Positions 51,762 through 64,000 of a stretch of DNA of 64,000 nt are shown here, piece after piece (positions within the stretch are counted from its first letter, which is position 1; each line of letters opens with the position of its first letter). Location of the stretch: NCBI GenBank assembly GCA_030141605.1, contig JAQGDQ010000766.1:1-64000 (forward strand), given 5' to 3'. This DNA is from Tubiluchus corallicola (Eukaryota; Animalia; Priapulida). The notes beneath the pieces are model-generated. The model had not been told where the DNA came from. It saw only the letters and a list, made by a program, of their open reading frames with translations, and made no database searches. A program made the position numbers and the translations under genes.

Positions 51762-54660
51762 AAAGGCATTTAAAAACTCTGTGATAAACCATTTAACTGC
51801 AACAAGTGCTTGGTGGACCTAGAGTAATTTAAGACATCATTATCAAACCTATGGACAAAGGAATCGTTTTGCATTTAGTCATTGTTTCGCTAATTTAATT
51901 TTGTGAGTTTACTCACTTAGACCAACATCTCAGAATTTATAAAGAATAAACAGCCAATGTTTCCTCAGTTAGCAAAACAAAAACTCACACAAGAAAAATC
52001 ACTTTCTTGTTTTGTCACTGTGATGCAAAATGATCGTGTAATTATAATTGACCTAGGAGAATTCATGCGGGAGAAAAATCTTTTGTATGTAGTTATTGCG
52101 GTGCCACATTTATTTAGCTCAAAAATTTGAAACAACATCTGTGAAATGTTTTAAATATAATCATTTTAACCCTTCAACTGCATGGTGTGCTGCATTTGCT
52201 AAGGATGACTCGGACCTGAAAAGCACCTGTGAACTGATGCTTAGAATCTGTTTAACCCTTTAGTTGTATGAGTAACGAAACTGCTATGTATAATTAGAAG
52301 TGAGCTAATTTTACTCAGTCAGTTATTCTGAAAAAATTGTTGAGATGGAAAATCCATTGATTATTTTGCTGCTTGTAGCAAACATCACAATGCTAATGAA
52401 ATAAAAATTGTTATTGAATATTTACTCTCAGCTCTGATGTTCCAGAAACAGTCAGAACTTTGAAAGGCAATTTTTTATACAAATTTCATCCAGTAAAGCC
52501 AATAGCCATGAAAACTATTCGTTATCGTTTCTATTCTAAATGATTAACAGAATTTAAATTGTGTTGTTGTCACTGAAAAGGATAGCGTGTTCCATTCCTG
52601 GAGTTTTGATTTTTTTGTTAAAAATTTTGTATTTGTATTTGAACCACGACTTGCGGTCTCTTGAAAAATTTTGTGAGCTGTTTTTCATTAATGATTGATT
52701 AATAAAAACATATTAATAATCTAATAATAATCTTTTTGTGTATCTTGTAACACGCGCACAGTTATAATACAATTAATTTGGAAACAAAAATGTGAAAAAA
52801 GGGCAGCGAAAGACCAATATTCACACAATTATGATAGTGAAGTATGTCTGCTATAATAGCTGTGATTTTGTGCCATTCTAAGTTTAGTGATATAAGCAAA
52901 GGACATAAAATATTGCGTTAACAGTATAAATATTGTGAGATTTTGGCACCTATTTTGTTGTAATGAATTCAACTTTTCATTCTCAGATTTGATTTATTTA
53001 TTTTGCTTTCACATTTTTGTTAATGCTTTGGAAATCGTTGCCTCCATTCCCAGTTCTTGTGCATATCTTTATATTTTTAGGAAAATTACATAAATCATTT
53101 TAAAATTGCGAATATAAACACATACCTGGCTGAGATAGGTAGATTTGTAGGTGCCAATTATACCTTCTTTTTATATTGTTAAACACTAGATGTTTACAGT
53201 TCTACAAATTCATTAATTTTTTATAAATTATGATTTTTAAAATACAGAGAACTTGTCATTACAACTATAATAAACTAGAATTAATCTTTTTGTAATATCG
53301 AAGTACAGATCTGTGTAAAAATAAAATGTAAATATAATCTGTCATAAGCTCCAAAACTGGCTAAGAATTTATAGCTGCTTATAAAATTTAGGTGAACATT
53401 TTAAATCGTGGAAACCGATTTGAGAAATTTAAATGGATTCAAATGCCTGACGAACTCAAGTATTAAGTTTCCTGATTGTTGCTGTACTTTAACAAATCTG
53501 TCACCAGGTAGAGCATGCTTGTGTAATTAAAATTCCAAAAACTGGCAAAAAGATAAAATTTTATAGCAGATCGTAGCTGGTTACGAAGTGGCACCAATGG
53601 TCATGTACTACTATATTACTAGTGCTTATGACGACAATGATAATGCTGGTACTAGTTACTCAAGGTTTTGTTACCTATTATTAAAATGATGTATTAACTA
53701 TTATGCTTCTCTTACAAAGTAATAGACAGGATAGCATGTGATTAGATATGACTATTATTATTACAGCTAATAATTTTTACATTATTATTTTAATTATTAT
53801 TCTTATCAAATAATATTATAATAATAATTATTTGTTTCTTTTATTAATATTGTTGCTGTTGATCATGTTAATACCAGCATACTGTTTATAAATATTAATG
53901 TTATTAATTATTTACAATAATTTTATTAGTTGCATTTGTGCCAATCTAATTTTTTCTCGCAAATGCAATCTGTACTGCAGGTGAAACAAATTTTTTTTGC
54001 TCTTACTAATACAGGTCGTGACGAATGCCAGCAACAGCAGCAGAAAATGGAATCGCCGTCGTTTTAGAAACGCAGCATGTTGAAGGATAGAAGATGGAGA
54101 ATATTTGCTGATGGCGAAAATTTGTCGCTATAAATGTAAATCTGTAATTGATTTACATTTTATATGGTATATTATTTACAGAACATAATTTCCTATTTTT
54201 GAATTTTATAATTTCATTGCGGTCCACTTGCAATTTAGTTGGTTCTAACACCCTACTACCTTCCTGTATGAGTCCCTTTACTAACACTCTACCTCTTTCC
54301 CAGTCCAAGCCTCCCCCCTCACTCCATTTCCATATATACCACTGATTCACACCTACGACATCCTACCGCACTGCCAAACCTGACAAACGCCAAGAGTATC
54401 AAGGCACCAATAACACCACGCCGGGTCATACTTTAAAAATGGTACCGGCTATTGCCCGGCCCGAGGCGTTGTAAATTAGGGTAAAAGTGAGGTAATAATA
54501 GTCTCTGTAGTTGTAGGTTGCTGTTTAGTCTATATAATGGACTTAAAGAACTACTGTGGAGAATGACTTCGGAGTGTTTATTTTGTATCAAAAGCATTTT
54601 TCTTCAACGGTCACATTATCTACCTAATTCTTACATAAACAACTTATATATAAATGCAGG

Positions 54661-54856
54661 ACAACATATACATCATTATCAAACTGTTAAATGTATCACA
54701 ATATACACATCATTATCAAACTGTTAAATGCAAGACAACATACACATCATTATCAAACTGTTAAATGCAGGACAACATACACATTATTATCAAACTTTTA
54801 AATGCAGGACAACATACACATCATTATCAAACTGTTAATTGTAGGACAACATACAT
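54661..54856. repeat. ~37-bp minisatellite (~5 copies) upstream of ZNF-E
   Basis: Unit ACAACATACACATCATTATCAAACTGTTAAATGCAGG. Confidence 0.85.
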
Positions 54857-55251
54857 GGTTTTACTATGTAGCTTGTTAAGCTGAAACTTGAACTTTTTCT
54901 TCAAAGCATCTAACAATAACTAAACATTTTAATGGCATTTCTAATAATAGCTGTCGTAGTAGATGTAATAATTAAATCCCTTTCTGTTGAGGAAGATTAC
55001 AGACTTTGCAGTTACGCCTTCCAATCTTTAGCCATTGTGCAATTGGGAGCTCTGTTGCTTCGGTAGATGAATAGCACACTTGCTGCTAGTAACTGGCTTC
55101 TCCTGAGTCCATCATTATTATAAGATAATTGTTTCTGATGTTACTAACATTAAATATTTCTTTACTTATTTTTTAAAAGTTTCGTAAGTTCTTAATTTAC
55201 TTTTTTGCAGAGAGCTAGTACTGCCACTCTGCTCATACATCTCTTACAAAC

Positions 55252-56916
55252 ATGGACCAGGCTGTACAAGCAGTTCTTTCAAGGGTGAAAGTTGAACCTG
55301 GTATTTTAGTTAACTTCGTAGAGGGCAGCACTGATGATAAAGTGCAAGCTGCGAATGTAAAAACTGAATGTGACGGTGAAACAGTTGACATAAAAGGCAA
55401 TAACAAATATGGAAGAGTAGAATGCGAGTTTCAAACAAATGAAACAACTATAAAAACTGCTTATGATATGCTTCCAGATGATAATAATAGGCAAAACACT
55501 GATATCTGTAAAACACACATGATAGTGCAACCTGACATTGTCCACTTGAAAACTGACTTCAGTGTTTTGATGAATAGGGAAGGTAATAGTTTGAGTGACG
55601 AAGTAACAGATAATGATGTAAAAACTGCTTGTGAATTTGTGAAAATTGAACCTGATTGTTCAGATGATATTGTGAATAAAAGCAAAGAGGATTTAATGGA
55701 AGATGAACTTTTAGTAAACGTGAACGACAAAAGTAAAGAGCTGCTGTCATTTAACCTTGATCACTCTGATCCCGCTGTTAATCACGATGAAATAGAATCT
55801 TCTTTCTTTCAAGAAAAATTGAACGGGTTTAATCATGGTGCTGGTGCAAGGAATTTGGAAAAACCTTCAGATACTCACACTGGAGAAAAAACTTTCAAGT
55901 GCAGTCAGTGTGATGCAGCTTTTGTTAAATCAAACCTTTTGAAAAGACATTTAAGAACTCACACTGGAGAAAAATACAAGTGCAGTCGCTGTAATGCCGC
56001 ATTTACTCATGCAGTTGGTCTGAATGTACATCTAAGAATTCACACTGGAGAGAAACCATTCAAGTGTAGTCAGTATAGTGCAGATTTTGCTCGAGCAGGT
56101 GGGCTGGTGCAACATTTAAGAAATGACACTAGAGAGAAAACATTTAAGTGCAGTCAGTGTAGTGCTGCATTTGCTCATAATGCCAGTCTGACAAGACATT
56201 CAAGAATTCACACTGGAGAGAAACCTTTCAAGTGTAGTCAGTGTGATGCTGCGTTTGCTAACAGTGCCAGTCTGACAAGACATTCAAGAATTCACACTGG
56301 AGAAAAACCTTTCAAGTGCAATCAGTGTGATGCTGCATTTGTTGACTCAGGTTGTTTGAAAACACATTTAAGAATTCATACTGGAGAGAAACCTTTCAAG
56401 TGTAGTCGGTGTGAAGCTACATTTGCTTACTCGGGCCATCTCAAAACACATTTTAGAATTCACACGGGAGAAAAACCGTTCAAGTGTAGTCAGTGTGATG
56501 CTGCATTTAGTGGGGCAACTGCTAAGAAAGTACATTTAAGAATTCACACTGGAGAAAAACCTTTCAAGTGCAGTCAGTGTAATGCTGCGTTTGCTCACAG
56601 TTCCAGTTTGACAAGACATTCAAGAACCCACACTGGAGAGAAGCCTTTCAAGTGTAGTGAGTGTGATGCTGCATTTGCTGACTTAGGCTCTCTCAAAACA
56701 CATTTTAGAATTCACACTGGTGAAAAACCGTTTAAGTGTAGTCAATGTGGTGCTGCGTTTAGACATGCAAGTGCTAGGAAAGAACATTTAAGAATTCACA
56801 CTGGAGAAAAACGTTTTAAGTGTGTTCAATGTAATGCTGCATTTGCTCGAGCAGATCGTCTGTCAAGACATTCAGAAATTCACACTAGAGAAAAACCGTT
56901 GAGGTGGGCACACTGA
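55252..56916 (+). CDS. ZNF-E: C2H2 zinc-finger protein, 554 aa, 11 intact and 1 degenerate finger
   Basis: TTTTTTGCAG acceptor ends 55210; ATG 55252; TGEKP-linked fingers. Confidence 0.92.
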   Translation: MDQAVQAVLSRVKVEPGILVNFVEGSTDDKVQAANVKTECDGETVDIKGNNKYGRVECEFQTNETTIKTAYDMLPDDNNRQNTDICKTHMIVQPDIVHLKTDFSVLMNREGNSLSDEVTDNDVKTACEFVKIEPDCSDDIVNKSKEDLMEDELLVNVNDKSKELLSFNLDHSDPAVNHDEIESSFFQEKLNGFNHGAGARNLEKPSDTHTGEKTFKCSQCDAAFVKSNLLKRHLRTHTGEKYKCSRCNAAFTHAVGLNVHLRIHTGEKPFKCSQYSADFARAGGLVQHLRNDTREKTFKCSQCSAAFAHNASLTRHSRIHTGEKPFKCSQCDAAFANSASLTRHSRIHTGEKPFKCNQCDAAFVDSGCLKTHLRIHTGEKPFKCSRCEATFAYSGHLKTHFRIHTGEKPFKCSQCDAAFSGATAKKVHLRIHTGEKPFKCSQCNAAFAHSSSLTRHSRTHTGEKPFKCSECDAAFADLGSLKTHFRIHTGEKPFKCSQCGAAFRHASARKEHLRIHTGEKRFKCVQCNAAFARADRLSRHSEIHTREKPLRWAH

Positions 56917-57289
56917 CTGGATATTTAAAGACTCTGTGATAAACCTTTTAACTGCAACAAGTGTTTGGTGAACCTACAGTAATTTAAGACATCACTATCA
57001 AACTTATTGACGAAAGAATCGTTTTGCATTTAGTCATTGTTTCGCTAATTTAATTTTAATTCAGTTAGACCAACATCTTAGAATTTATAAGGAATAAACA
57101 GTCAATGTTTCCTCAGTCAGTTACAGAAAGTTCAAGCAGGAAAAATCACTTTATAGTTTTGTCAGTGTGATGCAAATAGATTAGGTAATCACAATTGGCG
57201 CAGGAGAATTCTTACAAGAGAAAAACCTTTTGTATGTAGTTATTGCGGTGCCACATTTATTTAGCCCAAGAAGTTGAAACAACATCCGT

Positions 57290-57595
57290 GAACTGTTTCA
57301 AATAGAATCATTTTAACCCTTCAACTGTGTGATGCCTAGCATGATACTGCATTTGCTAGGGATGACTCAGACCTGAAAAGCACCTGTGAACTGATGCAGT
57401 AGAATCATTTTAACCCTTCAACTGTATGATGCTTAGCATGATACTGCATTTGCTAGGGATGACTCAGACCAGAAAAGCATCTGAACTGTTTCAAATAGAA
57501 TCATTTTAACCCTTCAACTATATGTTGGATGATTTTGCATTTTCTAAGGATGACTTGGACCTGAAAAGCACCTGTGAACTGATGCAGAAGAATCT
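57290..57595 (+). repeat. ~100-bp unit x3 of a decayed finger in the ZNF-E 3' region
   Basis: AGAATCATTTTAACCCTTCAACTG...GCATTTGCTAGGGATGACTCAGACCTGAAAAGCAC; about one copy at the paralogous ZNF-D site (~52160-52260). Confidence 0.75.
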
Positions 57596-59792
57596 TTAAA
57601 TGATATGGTGCCTTTGCCCTCTTTACCAGAATTTCATTATTAATCACACAGGAGCAAAGCTGTTAAGTGTAATTAGAATTAAGGTAAATTTGGTCAGCTA
57701 ATTGTTCTGAAAGAACTTTTCATAATTCGAGTGATGGAAAATCCATTGACTATTTTTCTGCTTGTGTCTTTACCAGCACTCAGAACGTGGATGAAGTAAA
57801 AACTGGCTTTGAATATTTACTTTCTGCAATGATGCTTAAGTTTTTGAAATAATTTTTTATGCAAATTTCGTCCAGCAAACCCAATAATCACTGAATACTA
57901 AGAATAGATGAGAAATTAAATAATAATTAGTGTGAATGATTAACGTAATCTAGATTGTGTTGTTTTTATAAAAAAGAATATCATGTTTCATTCCTGGGTT
58001 ATTGAATTGTTGAAAATTTTGTATTAATGTATTAAACTCCGGACTTGTGTGTTTAAAAAAAATTGAACTGTTTTTCGTGAATTGGTTGATTAATGAAAAA
58101 ATTAATCACACAAATATGATTGTGAAGTATGTCAGCTCTAATAACAGTTACATCGGCTGTTTTAAATTGGGTGAACTAAGCAAAGGACATAAATTAACAT
58201 GTTAACAATGTAATTATCATCACTTTTGCTATAATAAAGTCAATTTTTTATTTATTGATTTTGCTTCCACGTTTATTTGAAACTGTGCCTCCAATTTCCT
58301 GTGAATATCTTTTTATTTTCAGGAAAATTACACAAAACACTTAAAATTTTCTGGGATATGTAAGTCTGTAGGTTCCATTTGTATTTGTGAGTGTGTTAAA
58401 CCCAAATAATTAACTTTATAAAAGTCCTGTTACTTATAAATTATGGTGAACTCTCTAAAATCTTGTAAATTCAATTAATAGTTCATCATCCATGGATTTA
58501 ATGTCTGATGAACTCAACCCTTAAGCTTCCAGGTGGAGGAGGCTTTACTGTAGTATAATTATAATTGAAAAAATCGTCAAAAAGCAAAATTTTTATATCG
58601 GTCATTAGCAGCGTATGTTGTGGTACTAGTGATCATGTACTACAATAATACTGATGCTCACAACGATGACGATAATGATGATGTTGGTTGTTGAGGCTTT
58701 CTGTTCTCTAATATTTGATATTTTTTGTTCCTGCCATAAATGTAACACACAAGATGGCTTCTGACATGATATAATAATAATCATCATCATTATTATTATC
58801 GTATTATTTATATTATTATTGTTGTTGTTATTATTATTATTATTATTGCTGTTGAAGAATGCTAATACCAGCGTGCTGTTTATATATGTTAAAGTATTAA
58901 TTATTTATATTAAATTTATTTCCTGCATTTGTGGCAGCCTAAAATTTTTCACCACTCTTCAAAATCTACACCGCAGGTGAGACAGAAATTTTTTGCTGTT
59001 ATTTATACAAGTCGTGACAAATGGAGTCGGCAACGTGAAATCGAAGCGCCGCGATTTTAGGAACGCTTCTTCATGAAAGAAGATGGAGATTTTTAGTCCT
59101 GATTATTTTTTAAATTATAGTTGTCGTTTTTTTAATTTTAGTTTTTAGCTACCTGAATAATTTTTTCTATGAACAATTTCGTATCCATTACTTCCACATT
59201 ATTACTAATGGTTTGTTTGTTTGTTGTTATTTTTTACGTATGACGTAATTATAAACGAGGAAAATAAATTTTACAGTACATTGTCTGCAATCACTGTCTA
59301 ATCAGAAGCTGCTTAAAAATAGCAGGTATGATTGTTTTTGCAATCTATCGTTTCACATTGCTGGCTAACACTATGGGCCGCAACTTACTTCCTTGTTCTA
59401 TCCATGCAAAGTGACATCTATGTGACAAAAAGAAAGTCGGCAATGGTTAAAAAAACTAAATTCAATCTGTCACAAGTCGAAGAGCTTATCATTTTGTTTG
59501 ATCATGTGAGTTTATTAACTCTATCATGTAATGGCAACTCCCTGCTCGGTGTGCCATTAGCAATACCTTTACAGGGCCCTGAGTGATGATCCTCTCTGAG
59601 CATGCTCAGTAACTGCTGACTGTGCAATTGTGTTAATCTGCATAATCAGCAGCCTATCTAAGAAAGTTAGCTAGTGCTGTGCATTAGTTACTGTGTCAAC
59701 ACCATTGGATCTGTACATAGCCATATTGTTGTTTCAATAAAGTGTTTATGTAACTTTTAGATCGTCTTTATTTGTGCTGTTTTTGTAGGACA

Positions 59793-60265
59793 ACATACAC
59801 ATTATTATCATACTGTTAATTGCAATAAAACATACACATTGTTATCATACTGTTAATTGCAATGAAACATGCACATTGTTATCATACTGTTATTTGCAAT
59901 AAAACATACACATTGTTATCATACTGTTAATTGCAATAAAACATACACATTGTTATCATACTGTTAATTGTAATAAAACATACACATTGTTATCATACTG
60001 TTATTTGCAATAAAACATACACTTTGTTATCATACTGTTAATTGCAATAAAACATTCACATTGTTATCATACTGTTAATTGTAATAAAACATACACATTG
60101 TTATCATACTGTTAATTGTAATAAAACATACACATTGTTATCATACTGTTAATTGTAATAAAACATACACATTGTTATCATACTGTTAATTGTAATAAAA
60201 CATACACATTGTTATCATATTGTTAATTGCAATAAAACGTACACATTGTTATCATACTGTTAATT
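59793..60265. repeat. 37-bp minisatellite (~13 copies) upstream of ZNF-F
   Basis: Unit ACATACACATTGTTATCATACTGTTAATTG(C/T)AATAAA. Confidence 0.93.
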
Positions 60266-60469
60266 TCTAACTCGGCATGCTAACAGCTAAAATTCCATAA
60301 CCAATCTTGAAGAGTGATGTTTATTTAACATTTTATTTTTCTTCTAATTGTAAATTTTGTCACCTATGAGTGTGACAATTTTCTTTTAAGTTTGTGCAAA
60401 TCTGAGAGAATGTAAATACTTTTAAGAAGCATTATGAAAATCCGGGAGTCACTTTGGGAGGGTTTATAA

Positions 60470-60630
60470 GCAGTTCCTGAACTTGTGAAAATTGAAAATG
60501 GTGTTCTAAATGAACTGATAGATGTTAACATACAAACTAACAATGTACCATTAACAACTTATGTACCATAAGAAATTGATGATGAATCAGATAAGGTAAA
60601 TAACAGCAACAAGTAGAAGAGTATGATGCC
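60470..60630 (+). pseudogene. Relic of an A/B-type ZNF N-terminal exon upstream of ZNF-F (mirror copy ~39960-40100 minus)
   Basis: AVPELVKIENGVLNELIDVNIQTNNVP..DDESDKVNNS versus ZNF-B AVPGLVKIENDVLDESVDVNMQTDNVP..DDESVKINNS. Confidence 0.8.
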
Positions 60631-61560
60631 CTCGCAGATAATATGGAAAAATTGTTGCTGTACGTCGCCAAACCACGTGTCTTTACACACCACAAGTAGT
60701 TTATGTGTGAATTAGTAGTTGTTGTCTGATGTCTCCGCTACTGCTGATCTAACTAATGGTGTGAGAAATACTCCACCAATGTTCAGAATCCCTAAAAGAA
60801 TGGTTTGTCCATTAGCTCCTCTAAGTGGAGAAGTATGGCAATGCAAATCTTTTACCCCCGGAGTTGTGCTGGTGGGACGTAATAGGTGCCGATATTTAAC
60901 ATTTCTACATTTAACTATAATCCTTTATACAACGTCAGTAGAATGTAGCCATTAACACCAAAACAAAACTTATGACAACCTGAAGAAAGGTACCACGTAA
61001 ATTGACCCATTAAAAATGTCCTGGACATCCGTTCAAAAGGAAAATTCGGTACCTGAATAAACGAGGTAGAATGTCCTCGTATGTATCGCATCATATGCTG
61101 CAATGGCTTCTATGTCGATTTAAATCTATTTGCGGACCGTGTATATCAGTCTGTCAACTAGAAGTTATGCATCGCATGGCTGTTACATATGAATTCATAT
61201 TTTTGTAGATCTAAAGGTTTTAGTTATTGTTAAACAGAAATTGAAATGTTTTCTAGAATTTTCCTCCAAATTCAAAGTCATTCTTAACAGTTGCTGCTTT
61301 GTATATGATTGACGATTGCAGATCTCCCAGTTGTTTCTGCTGAATTTACAAACTTTAGCATTTCTGCAACTCGGTAGCTCTTTTGCTGTGGCAGCATCAA
61401 TTTTCTGCTGTTAAATGGCCTCCCTAAATCCATTTTTACCACATTCTAGTGTGATTAATGCTTAATGTTGAATCATTTGTTTTGAAGTAGTTTGGAAAGT
61501 TTTTAATTTCCTTTTTTGCAGAGAGCTGGCATTACCGCCTCTCCTCTTGTGACTACAAAG

Positions 61561-62955
61561 ATGGACGAGACTGCACAAAGAGTCCCTGGACGTGTGAAAA
61601 TTGAACCTGATATCTTAGTTAACTTTATAGAGGGCAGCACTGATGTTAAAGTGCAAACTGACAATGTAAAAACTGAAAGTGATTTTGAAAAAGTTGACAT
61701 AAGAAACACAAATAGAGTAGAGTGCGGTTTTCAAACAGGTGAAATGACTGTGAAAACTGAGAATGATGTTCTTGTAGATAGTGATGTGAAAAACACTGAT
61801 ATCTGTGAAGTGGACATTATGATGCAACCTGACATTGTCTACTTGAAAACTGACTTCAGTGTTTTGACGAATAGGAAAGGCAATAGTTTGTGTGATGGAG
61901 TTACAGATAAAGATATAAAAACTGCTAATGAATTTTTAAAAACTGAATCGGATGCTTCAGATGATGTAGTGAATCAAAGCAAAGAGGATTTAATAGAAGA
62001 CGAACTTTTAGCAAGTGTGAATGAAAAAAGTCCAGAGCTTCTGTCATTTAATCTTGATCGCTCTGATCTTTCTGTTAAACACAATGAAATTGTAACTCCT
62101 TCCATTCAAGAAAAATCTCGTAGGTTTACTCATGGTGCTGATGCAAGGAATTTGAAAAAACATACAAGAACTCACACTGGAGGAAAATCTTACAGGTGTG
62201 GTCAGTGTGATGCTGCTTTTACGTATTCATGTCAACTGAAAAACCACTTTAGAATTCATAGTGGAGAAAAACCTTTCAAGTGCAGTCAGTGTGGCGTTGC
62301 TTTTGCTCGGTCAGACTTTTTGAAAAGGCATTTGAGAGCTCACACTGGAGAGAAACATTTCAAGTGTAATCAATGTGATGCTGCATTCACTCATGCAGAT
62401 GGTCTGAAAGTGCATCTAAGAACTCACACTGGAGAGAAACCATTCAAGTGTAGTCAGTGTGATGCTGTATTTGCTCATACAAGTACTCTCAAGATACATT
62501 TAAGAACTCACACTGGAGAAAAACCTTTCAAGTGTTCTCAGTGTCATGCTGCATTTACTAAGGCGGGCGATATGAAAGTTCATTTAAGGATTCATACTGG
62601 AGAAAAACCATTTAAGTGTAGTCAGTGTATTGCTTCATTTGTCACATCAGGCCATCTCAAAACACACTTTAGAATTCACACAGGAGAAAAACCATTCAAG
62701 TGTAATCACTGTCATGCTGCATTTAGTCGCTCAAGTGCTAGGAATGTACATCTAAGAATTCACACTGGAGAAAAACCATTTAAGTGTAGTCAGTGTAATG
62801 CTGCATTTGCTCACACTGGTAGTCTGACAAGGCACTCAAGAATTCACACTGGAGAAAAGCCATTTAAATGTAGTCAGTGTGACGCTGCATTTGTGCAGGC
62901 TGGCCATCTGACAAGACATTCAGTGATTCATCGCACTACAGAAAAAAACCATTGA
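61561..62955 (+). CDS. ZNF-F: C2H2 zinc-finger protein, 9 fingers; recent paralogue of ZNF-C
   Basis: TTTTTTGCAG acceptor ends 61521; ATG 61561; TGEKP-linked fingers. Confidence 0.92.
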   Translation: MDETAQRVPGRVKIEPDILVNFIEGSTDVKVQTDNVKTESDFEKVDIRNTNRVECGFQTGEMTVKTENDVLVDSDVKNTDICEVDIMMQPDIVYLKTDFSVLTNRKGNSLCDGVTDKDIKTANEFLKTESDASDDVVNQSKEDLIEDELLASVNEKSPELLSFNLDRSDLSVKHNEIVTPSIQEKSRRFTHGADARNLKKHTRTHTGGKSYRCGQCDAAFTYSCQLKNHFRIHSGEKPFKCSQCGVAFARSDFLKRHLRAHTGEKHFKCNQCDAAFTHADGLKVHLRTHTGEKPFKCSQCDAVFAHTSTLKIHLRTHTGEKPFKCSQCHAAFTKAGDMKVHLRIHTGEKPFKCSQCIASFVTSGHLKTHFRIHTGEKPFKCNHCHAAFSRSSARNVHLRIHTGEKPFKCSQCNAAFAHTGSLTRHSRIHTGEKPFKCSQCDAAFVQAGHLTRHSVIHRTTEKNH

Positions 62956-64000
62956 GGTGGGCAGTCCAACAGACCATACTGTGATAAACCTTTTAAAAGC
63001 AACAAATGCTTGGCCAACCTACAGTAATTTAAGACTATGAAGCATACTAGTGGCAAAGAATGATTTTGTATGTAGTCACCGTTTTTCTAATTTTGTGAGT
63101 TTTTCTTAGTTATTATCTAACACATTTGAGAATTTACAAGGGATTAACCTTTTAACTCTCATCACTTATACAAAAAATATTATTAAAATTTTGTCTTAAG
63201 TCAGGTCTCATGTAAGCTTGTCTGTTCATAGTACTGTTCATGTGTATTTTTGTAATCATTGGTAACCTCACATGTATCATAACATCTGCATGATTTTTCT
63301 TCAAATTTGGGAGAAATACATTTTTTTAAATACTTTATTAGACTGTTAAACACACAACTTATAATATGGTTATTAATTACTGATAGATTTTAGACACAAA
63401 GATTTTATAATTAGACGATGTAACAATTCTCATTTGAAGGGAGTGAAACACAACTTCTTTATTCAAAGCCAATCTTGCAATTCTGTCACGCTCTACTTAA
63501 CTGCAGACAGGTGGCAGCACTATACAGTATATCCTAGATGGCGTAATATTAAGACGCTACACAACTGTCTTTCCATTTTTTAAAGCCGCAAACATCTTAG
63601 GCTACTCACTGCTTTTAATTTACTTTTCTTAAACATTTAGTTTGTTGCAATTTAAATTTTGCTGTTTTCATTAAAAAGAATAACGTATCTCAATCTTTGC
63701 TGGTCTAATGTAAATTTCGTACAAAGTTTTTTATAATTGTATCAAAATTGGTTTTAACATTTTTACAAGATGAATTGAGTTGTGTTTTTGAAAAAAGGAT
63801 ATCCATACTGGATTGTTTTGTTTGTTCAAAAGTTTGTATTTAATGTATTTGGTTCCCTGGCTTTGCATGAACAGTGAATATTAACAATGAATTTTGTTAC
63901 AGAAATAGTAATAAAGCTATTTTTTAACATATTATTGCACTACTACTTCTGAAATTGTACTTTGTGTTACAAGTCTAAACCACAATCGCCTGTTAGTCTT

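Larger units (their letters stand above)
58683..63871 (+). repeat. Arm of the inverted segmental duplication carrying ZNF-F (partner 36956-41245)
   Basis: Collinear reverse-complement match with several indels. Confidence 0.95.

Overview
AT-rich animal genomic DNA, probably from an invertebrate; the taxon cannot be determined from this window. It is dominated by a tandem cluster of C2H2 zinc-finger genes with TGEKP linkers. Six intact paralogues, each with one coding exon, are named here ZNF-A 10830+, ZNF-B 24079-, ZNF-C 39027-, ZNF-D 50229+, ZNF-E 55252+ and ZNF-F 61561+. They carry 7-17 intact fingers, and at least five pseudogene fragments lie among them. All share an acidic N-terminal region rich in psi-K-x-E/D (SUMO-consensus) motifs that I do not recognise as KRAB, SCAN, ZAD or BTB. 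The cluster grew by tandem and inverted segmental duplication and by finger shuffling, and decayed fingers were amplified into minisatellites three separate times. Embedded in the cluster is a two-exon receptor gene (signal peptide, LRRs, LRRCT, Thr-rich stalk, TM helix) whose cytoplasmic tail is interrupted by a 1.2-kb solo-LTR-like insertion. The rest is TE debris (MULE-like, hAT and pogo/Tigger MITEs, solo LTRs, CR1/L2-type LINE fragments) plus mini- and microsatellites. No rRNA, tRNA or CRISPR was seen. All alignments were done by eye.
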